A stretch of 64,000 bases of DNA from Paludibacteraceae bacterium (lineage in GTDB: Bacteria; Bacteroidota; Bacteroidia; Bacteroidales; Paludibacteraceae), in NCBI GenBank assembly GCA_017448345.1, contig JAFSLP010000088.1, positions 859-64,858 of the forward strand, given 5' to 3'. How positions within the stretch are numbered: the stretch's first letter is position 1; each line of letters opens with the position of its first letter. The translations under genes were made by a program, and so were the position numbers. Shown one piece after another: positions 59,386-64,000 of the stretch. The notes beneath the pieces are model-generated. The model did not search any database, was not told where the DNA came from, and saw only the letters and a list, made by a program, of their open reading frames with translations.

Positions 59386-59838
59386 CTAAAGCACCCTGAT
59401 AGACTCAAATTCGTCTCGCTGCCCTCGATATATGATGTTTGGGTTTACCCACCATTCACCTCGACACTTTTGCCTAACGACATCCTTTTTTGCCAACTCC
59501 ATTAGTCCTCGATAGACCGATTGTCGAGATTTATAGCCGGTGTAAGCAATGCACTCGTCGTAATCGAACTGCACATATCCACCGAATTGCAAGCGGCTTG
59601 CTATGTACGCGAATACTGCTACTGCTTCGCTGCTCATCCCTATAAGTATACTCGGCTCATAGAACTTAACGAAATCTGTTGTATCGTATATCTTCTGCGT
59701 TCCGACTAACTGTGTGGCTGTTCGCACCTCTCCAGTTACGAGATTATAGGTTTCAAGCGGTGCAGTACCCACGGCATCTGCTTTGAACCTCTTGCGACAC
59801 TTCTTAACCAACACCTTATAGGGATTGCCTTCTACCAT
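59386..59838 (-). CDS. Winged-helix DNA-binding protein, candidate repressor or RepL-like protein (150 aa)
   Basis: The C-terminal ...CIAYTGYKSRQSVYRGLMELAKKDVV is wHTH-like. The gene lies between the integrase and the tRNAs, and its stop is 7 nt from the tRNA 5' end. Confidence 0.45.
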   Translation of the reverse strand: MVEGNPYKVLVKKCRKRFKADAVGTAPLETYNLVTGEVRTATQLVGTQKIYDTTDFVKFYEPSILIGMSSEAVAVFAYIASRLQFGGYVQFDYDECIAYTGYKSRQSVYRGLMELAKKDVVRQKCRGEWWVNPNIIYRGQRDEFESIRVL

Positions 59839-59899
59839 CGCAGCGACAAAGGTACTACTATTTCCTCATATAGCCAAAAGTTACAAAACATAATAACAT

Positions 59900-61150
59900 T
59901 TACTGCAACTTTTCTTGTTCCCCAAACACATAATCGAGGACTTTGCGGTTTGCTCGGTCGATTCTTGACCAATCCGGACGGATGTAAACATCTGCCATCG
60001 GATTACGTCCAACGTGTGCCAGACATAAATCAATATCGTCCTTACTTATATCGCAATTATTCCTCGCAATGGTCGCCCAAGTATGCCGGAATTGGTATGG
60101 TGTTATTACGCCAAGACCTTTCTGTTCGCATAAAGTGATGATTCTACGACGCAATAGGCTATTATATTCAGTATTTGGCTCTATTCCCTCGAAATGGAGT
60201 AATCTGCCCTCTTTGCTATCTGCCTTATATTTCTCAAACAGGTACTCTACCTCCGGTTCGATGTGAATGGAAATCTCAACCTTGCTTCCGCTGCGCTCTT
60301 TCGTCTTGTGTCGGGTGAAAGTAATGCGCTTCGTCTCCGGGTCATACTGGTCTTTGGTGAGGTATTGGATATCTAACAGGTTCATGCCACACATACAGAA
60401 CGACATCTTGACCATATCGAGTGCAACTTGCGTCTTTTCGTGTGGGCTTGACAGAGATAGGAACTTGCGCAGGGTGTCAATATCAAGACTACGCTTCTTC
60501 GTCGCCTGAACCTTGTACCTTTCGAAGTCAAAGAACGGGTCATGGGTGATGATTTTATGAAACTCGGTATTGTACTCCTTGACAAGTATGCGGAACACCT
60601 TGCTCAAATGGTAGATGTAAGACTCCTTTGACGAGTCTTTGAGTTGCTTATACCCGACAACCTTGTCTTTCTTGATGATAGGAATTTGCTTGTTATCAAG
60701 AAACTCCTTGTACCGGCGCAAGAAAGCAGAGTTGAAATCAGTGACCATCATCTGCTTAACTCCCATTTCCTCCAGATTGGCGAGAGCGCTTAATAGTACG
60801 CGCTCTTTTACTGGCTCCTCCTCTATCAACGCGCGGCAGCGGGCAAGGAAGTCGATGTTCCTGGTCGATTGGTTAAGATACTGCGCAAGGTCTTTTGCGT
60901 TCATGCCCATGAGTGTGCTCATGTCGATTTCGAGGATGCGTTTCTCGAAGCCACGAATAGTCTGACCGGTTCGCGCAAGGATGAACTGGTCTTTAATCTC
61001 AAATGATTTCTTGTTAATCTGCGCACGCGAACAATACAAGCCGGTAGGAATGTAACATGGCTTACGATTGTGCGTGACTCTGATGCTGACGGGAAACTTA
61101 CCATCCCGGCGCTCTTGGTGTCGTAGTACGACTGCTTTGAAAGTTGCCAT
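59900..61150 (-). CDS. int: Tyrosine recombinase / phage integrase (416 aa)
   Basis: It has the Bacteroidetes-type N-terminal arm-binding region (ATFKAVVLRHQERRDGKFPVSIRVTHNRK) and a catalytic C-terminus with YQFRHTWAT, LAHV and ADVYIRPD (R-H-R-Y type signature). Confidence 0.85.
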   Translation of the reverse strand: MATFKAVVLRHQERRDGKFPVSIRVTHNRKPCYIPTGLYCSRAQINKKSFEIKDQFILARTGQTIRGFEKRILEIDMSTLMGMNAKDLAQYLNQSTRNIDFLARCRALIEEEPVKERVLLSALANLEEMGVKQMMVTDFNSAFLRRYKEFLDNKQIPIIKKDKVVGYKQLKDSSKESYIYHLSKVFRILVKEYNTEFHKIITHDPFFDFERYKVQATKKRSLDIDTLRKFLSLSSPHEKTQVALDMVKMSFCMCGMNLLDIQYLTKDQYDPETKRITFTRHKTKERSGSKVEISIHIEPEVEYLFEKYKADSKEGRLLHFEGIEPNTEYNSLLRRRIITLCEQKGLGVITPYQFRHTWATIARNNCDISKDDIDLCLAHVGRNPMADVYIRPDWSRIDRANRKVLDYVFGEQEKLQ

Positions 61151-61216
61151 AATTTTAGGATTGTGTTTGATTGTTCAAGCCACCTATATATACAACTTTT
61201 TCGTTAAACAATCGTA

Positions 61217-61262
61217 AAACAAAAGTGTTGTTAGGTGACATTTTTCTATCACTTAACAACAC
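61217..61262 (-). terminator. Rho-independent terminator after the toxin gene
   Basis: A 14-bp stem (61225-61238 pairing with 61249-61262, one G-U), followed on the minus strand by ttttgtttt. Confidence 0.65.
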
Positions 61263-61372
61263 TTGCTGTTAAATTACGCGGAGGATATTCCTCTGTAACT
61301 TATTATTTATCAGTATTTTATGCTTGAATAGTCAAATTTTCTATCCGATTCACGTCGGCAAGCGACAATATT

Positions 61373-61690
61373 CTAATTATGATAGAGCAAACTATGACAT
61401 GCATCAATCACGTATGCCACTAATTCTCCGGTTTCTTCTATCTTGTATATCCTATATGCAAAATGAAAATCTTCAGCAATAAACTCTTTGTAGCCAGCGT
61501 CTATCCATGCTTGTTTATAGCGAGCGTTGGGATAGATCGTTGCATATTTTTCGAGGGCACGAATAGCTTCGTATAAACGACTCTTTTTCTTTTCTACGGT
61601 CACCTCATCCAATGTTGGGTGCAAAGCCATAGAAATAGCATAGAACTCGGCTATCTGCACATGTACATTTTTGTCTATACGAACGATCAT
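61373..61690 (-). CDS. RelE/ParE-family type II toxin (105 aa)
   Basis: The call rests on size, a 4-nt overlap with the upstream small ORF, and the C-terminal FHFAYRIYKIEETGELVAYVIDACH, which resembles the RelE/ParE core. Confidence 0.55.
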   Translation of the reverse strand: MIVRIDKNVHVQIAEFYAISMALHPTLDEVTVEKKKSRLYEAIRALEKYATIYPNARYKQAWIDAGYKEFIAEDFHFAYRIYKIEETGELVAYVIDACHSLLYHN

Positions 61691-61860
61691 GCTTTCGGAT
61701 GATAGAAATCATGAATCATTTGAGAAATCCGTTGCTCTGATTCTTCAACGGAAATACTTTTTTCCTCCAATTCTGCAAGACTCATGGTAGGATAGGATGT
61801 ACTCTTTCCTATATTGCTATTCGGCATGTAACCGGTATTGGGTATAACTGAAGGTCTCAT
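61687..61860 (-). CDS. Putative cognate antitoxin (57 aa from the ATG at 61860)
   Basis: A small acidic ORF overlapping the toxin start. The ORF-track start at 61893 lies inside the promoter. Confidence 0.4.
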   Translation of the reverse strand: MRPSVIPNTGYMPNSNIGKSTSYPTMSLAELEEKSISVEESEQRISQMIHDFYHPKA

Positions 61861-61878
61861 AATTTGTATCCTTTCACA

Positions 61879-61921
61879 CATTTTGCGCTGCAAAATTACT
61901 ACTTTTTTTTGATATATACAA
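61879..61921 (-). promoter_or_regulatory. Minus-strand consensus promoter; right copy of the 43-bp direct repeat (candidate attR core)
   Basis: The reverse complement reads TTTG-N20-TAATTTTGCAGCG. It is 41/43 identical to 25-67 and now reads into the toxin-antitoxin pair. Confidence 0.5.
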
Positions 61922-61948
61922 AAAAATCTGCATTTTTCGTGCAGATTT
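61920..61948 (-). terminator. Rho-independent terminator of the hydrolase gene
   Basis: The minus strand reads aaatctgca-cgaaaaa-tgcagattt followed by a T-run. It abuts the -33 element of the promoter. Confidence 0.7.
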
Positions 61949-61957
61949 CTTTATTTT

Positions 61958-63229
61958 TTATTCCCAAGGCAGGAAATACTCGCTATTTTCTTTTTCTTGC
62001 GAATATATCGCCTTGATTGTATCGCAAACGTGGCGGGGATTACGCAATAATGGTCTCGTCGAGTAGAAACACTCGCCGGTGATTTCGGGGATGGTACGGT
62101 TGAGATGCATCTGACGGGAGATCTCGTTGCCGACACCCCAAGGCGTTTTGGATGGGGCACCTTCCAGTTTATAGGGCGCCATGCCTATATATAGTTTGAC
62201 ATTGTTTGATGGGTTGAGTTCGTTTGCGCGTTTGATCTCATTTGCCCACCAATGTGCAAGAATTTCATAATCAGCGGCTTTTTTGCCGATCTCCCAATAG
62301 AGTTGGGGGAGTACATAGTCTATCCAGCCCTTTTGAATCCAGAGACGGATATCGGCATAAAGGTCATCGTAATTGGTGATACCGGCGGTCGTTGCGCTGC
62401 CTGTCGAATCGACACTCGCATTACGCCAAACGCCGAACGGCGAGATGCCGAACTGCACGTTTTTATTGCATTCCTGAATGGTTCGGTGGATATCTTGAAT
62501 TGCCAGATTGACATTATTCCGTCGCCATGCAGCGATATCGGTAAAACCACGCGGATACTTGGCAAAGGTCTTGGCGTCCGGAATCGGTTTGCCCCCTTGC
62601 GGATAAGGGTAGAAATAATCGTCCATGTGGATGGCTTGGATGTCATAACGCATAACGATGTCCTGTACAATAGTACAGATCCAATTGCGCGTGACATCTA
62701 ATCCCGGGTCAAAATACCACTGTTTGTTGTATTCCCAGAACCACTCCCGATGTTTGCGCCACACATGGTCGGCACAGATCATAGAAGTATCCGTCTTCGC
62801 CAGATTAACCCGGTACGGATTCAGCCAGACGTGCACCTCCATACCCCTTTTATGTGCTTGCTTTATGGTAAAATCAAGAGGATCATAAGGCATCTGAATC
62901 TCCTCCCCTGCGGGGGAGGTCGGGTTGGGCCATTCCCCTTGCTTTCCGGTGAACCAATGAGAAGCGGGTTCATATTCGCTGCGATAGAGGGCATCAGCGG
63001 TCGGACGAACTTGAAAAATGATGGCATTGATTCCCAAACTCTCCAACGAATCCAACAAGAAAATCATCTCTGCTTGTTGGAGCGAATCATTCCCTACTGC
63101 CTCTTCGGTCGGCCAGTCGATATTCGCGACCGTCGCTATCCATGCGCCGCGAAACGCGATCTCGGCATTAGCCGAGAGAATACAGAGTACAGAATACAGA
63201 ATACAGAATATGTTACGCAATTTTGCCAT
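61958..63229 (-). CDS. Glycoside-hydrolase-like family 10 (YngK/DUF187-type) secreted protein (423 aa); host gene
   Basis: It has a signal peptide, then FRGAWIATVANIDWP and ...VWLNPYRV motifs typical of the family (from memory). Confidence 0.65.
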   Translation of the reverse strand: MAKLRNIFCILYSVLCILSANAEIAFRGAWIATVANIDWPTEEAVGNDSLQQAEMIFLLDSLESLGINAIIFQVRPTADALYRSEYEPASHWFTGKQGEWPNPTSPAGEEIQMPYDPLDFTIKQAHKRGMEVHVWLNPYRVNLAKTDTSMICADHVWRKHREWFWEYNKQWYFDPGLDVTRNWICTIVQDIVMRYDIQAIHMDDYFYPYPQGGKPIPDAKTFAKYPRGFTDIAAWRRNNVNLAIQDIHRTIQECNKNVQFGISPFGVWRNASVDSTGSATTAGITNYDDLYADIRLWIQKGWIDYVLPQLYWEIGKKAADYEILAHWWANEIKRANELNPSNNVKLYIGMAPYKLEGAPSKTPWGVGNEISRQMHLNRTIPEITGECFYSTRPLLRNPRHVCDTIKAIYSQEKENSEYFLPWE

Positions 63230-64000
63230 TTTCTACATGGAATATTTTGGCATTCTCGTTGGGTTTGAGGATGTCGGTCAGATGTTGGCGGTCGGTGTCG
63301 GTGATAAAGATCTGCCCGAAGTCCTCGCTTTGAACCATTTCCACAATTCGCTCCACCCGTTCGCTGTCCAACCTGTCGAAAATATCATCCAAGAGCAAGA
63401 TGGGCTTGCTCATTTGTGATTGGTCATTTGACATTTGACATTTAGACAAGTACAAACATTGTGCCAGTTTCATCGCTAAGACAAATGTACGTTGTTGTCC
63501 TTGCGAGCCGACCTGCTTGAGCGGGTAGTCTCCCAAACGCATATCGAGATCGTCCTTGTGGATACCTTGCGAAGTCCAACCGAGGATGAGATCCCGTTGC
63601 CGCGTCTTGACGTACGCTTCGCGTAGATCGCGGTCTTGCAGTTGACTGATATATCGCAAACGCGGTGCCTCTTCACCTGCTATTTGACGATACACCTTCG
63701 TAAAATACGGCTCAAAAGCCTCAAAGAACTCCGTTCGGGCTTTGAATATATACTCTGCGGGTTCGACCATCTGCCATTCGAGAACTTCGAGGAGAGCAGC
63801 CCCCTCCGACTCCCCCTGAAGAGGGGAGGGGTATTTGTCCGCGAGTTGCTTCAAGAGCGCATTCCGTTGTTTTAGCAGCGCATTGTATTTGTTTAAGGCG
63901 TCCAGATATTTACGGTCGAGTTGACTGATGACGATATCCATAAAACGGCGTCGTTCGTCCGAACCTTCATCGATCAACTGCTGGTCACTCGGACTGATCA
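63213..64000 (-). CDS. recF: DNA replication and repair protein RecF, 3' portion (the 5' end is outside the window)
   Basis: SDERRRFMD..., LLLDDIFDRLD (Walker B region) and FITDT near the C-terminus. The frame is open to the window edge. Confidence 0.8.
   Translation of the reverse strand, partial: ISPSDQQLIDEGSDERRRFMDIVISQLDRKYLDALNKYNALLKQRNALLKQLADKYPSPLQGESEGAALLEVLEWQMVEPAEYIFKARTEFFEAFEPYFTKVYRQIAGEEAPRLRYISQLQDRDLREAYVKTRQRDLILGWTSQGIHKDDLDMRLGDYPLKQVGSQGQQRTFVLAMKLAQCLYLSKCQMSNDQSQMSKPILLLDDIFDRLDSERVERIVEMVQSEDFGQIFITDTDRQHLTDILKPNENAKIFHVENGKIA

Larger units (their letters stand above)
25..61921. mobile_element. Integrated temperate phage (prophage), about 61.9 kb; the boundaries are hypothetical
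   Basis: Phage gene content is continuous: capsid, portal, terminase, fibres, lysis, recombination/replication, and a tyrosine integrase at 59900-61150. It is bracketed by a 43-bp direct repeat (25-67 vs 61879-61921, 41/43 identical). To the right lie chromosomal genes (hydrolase, recF). Confidence 0.6.

Noticed and set aside
1160-61254. The 20-nt shared core (1160-1179 / 61235-61254) as the att core. It would give tighter boundaries, right next to the integrase and the first phage gene.
   Set aside because: Each copy sits in a hairpin whose two outer arms are complementary to each other and differ between the two sites. Hybrid attL/attR sites made by recombination would have mismatched arms. 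The two are therefore intact, independent hairpins.
1-64000. Stop-codon reassignment (TAG or TGA recoding) of the kind seen in some gut phages
   Set aside because: Under the standard code, late genes are uninterrupted ORFs of up to 3184 codons. None of the three tRNAs has a CUA, UCA or UUA anticodon. The one in-frame TAG junction (26485) is reported separately as a weak observation.

Overview
This is a Bacteroidales-type chromosomal segment, judged from repeated TTTG-N20-TAnnTTTG promoters. Almost all of it is an integrated temperate phage of about 62 kb.

Layout from left to right:
- Candidate attL: a 43-bp repeat lying inside a promoter.
- Minus-strand accessory block: Cys-rich lipoprotein, N4 gp49-like protein, rhomboid protease.
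- Plus-strand late block, 3.9-37.8 kb: scaffold-like protein, capsid, portal, fibre-like proteins and a complete diversity-generating retroelement (DGR: target/VR1, avd, TR, RT). These are followed by lysis-like genes, RusA and the large terminase, then virion proteins of 341, 1404, 261, 298 and 3184 aa.
- Minus-strand early block, 38.5-57.0 kb:
  - DNA modification and anti-restriction: mini radical-SAM enzyme, two DNA methyltransferases, GNAT, ASCH, HNH and an ArdA-like fusion.
  - A second DGR target carrying VR2.
  - Replication and recombination: sigma-like factor, DnaC-like loader, replication organiser, DUF3127, NinB, PD-(D/E)XK exonuclease and a single-strand annealing protein.
  - Many small ORFs.
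- A 1.2-kb ORF-free region containing repeated hairpins.
- A lipoprotein moron, three tRNA genes, a wHTH protein, a tyrosine integrase, a RelE/ParE-type toxin-antitoxin pair and candidate attR.
- Host genes: a GHL10/YngK-like hydrolase and the 3' part of recF.

Most notable observations:
1. A phage tRNA has every bacterial initiator-tRNA hallmark but a UAC (Val) anticodon.
2. One DGR serves two VRs about 28 kb apart on opposite strands. Each VR is followed at 27-28 nt by a GC-rich hairpin.
3. The 3184-aa virion protein carries a zincin HExxH motif and a kinase-like module.
4. The 1.2-kb ORF-free region holds three GCGGT-N8-ACCGC-AAGG hairpin repeats and lies near the tRNAs.
5. The candidate att sites lie within a promoter.

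All functional calls come from motifs read by eye. No database search was run.
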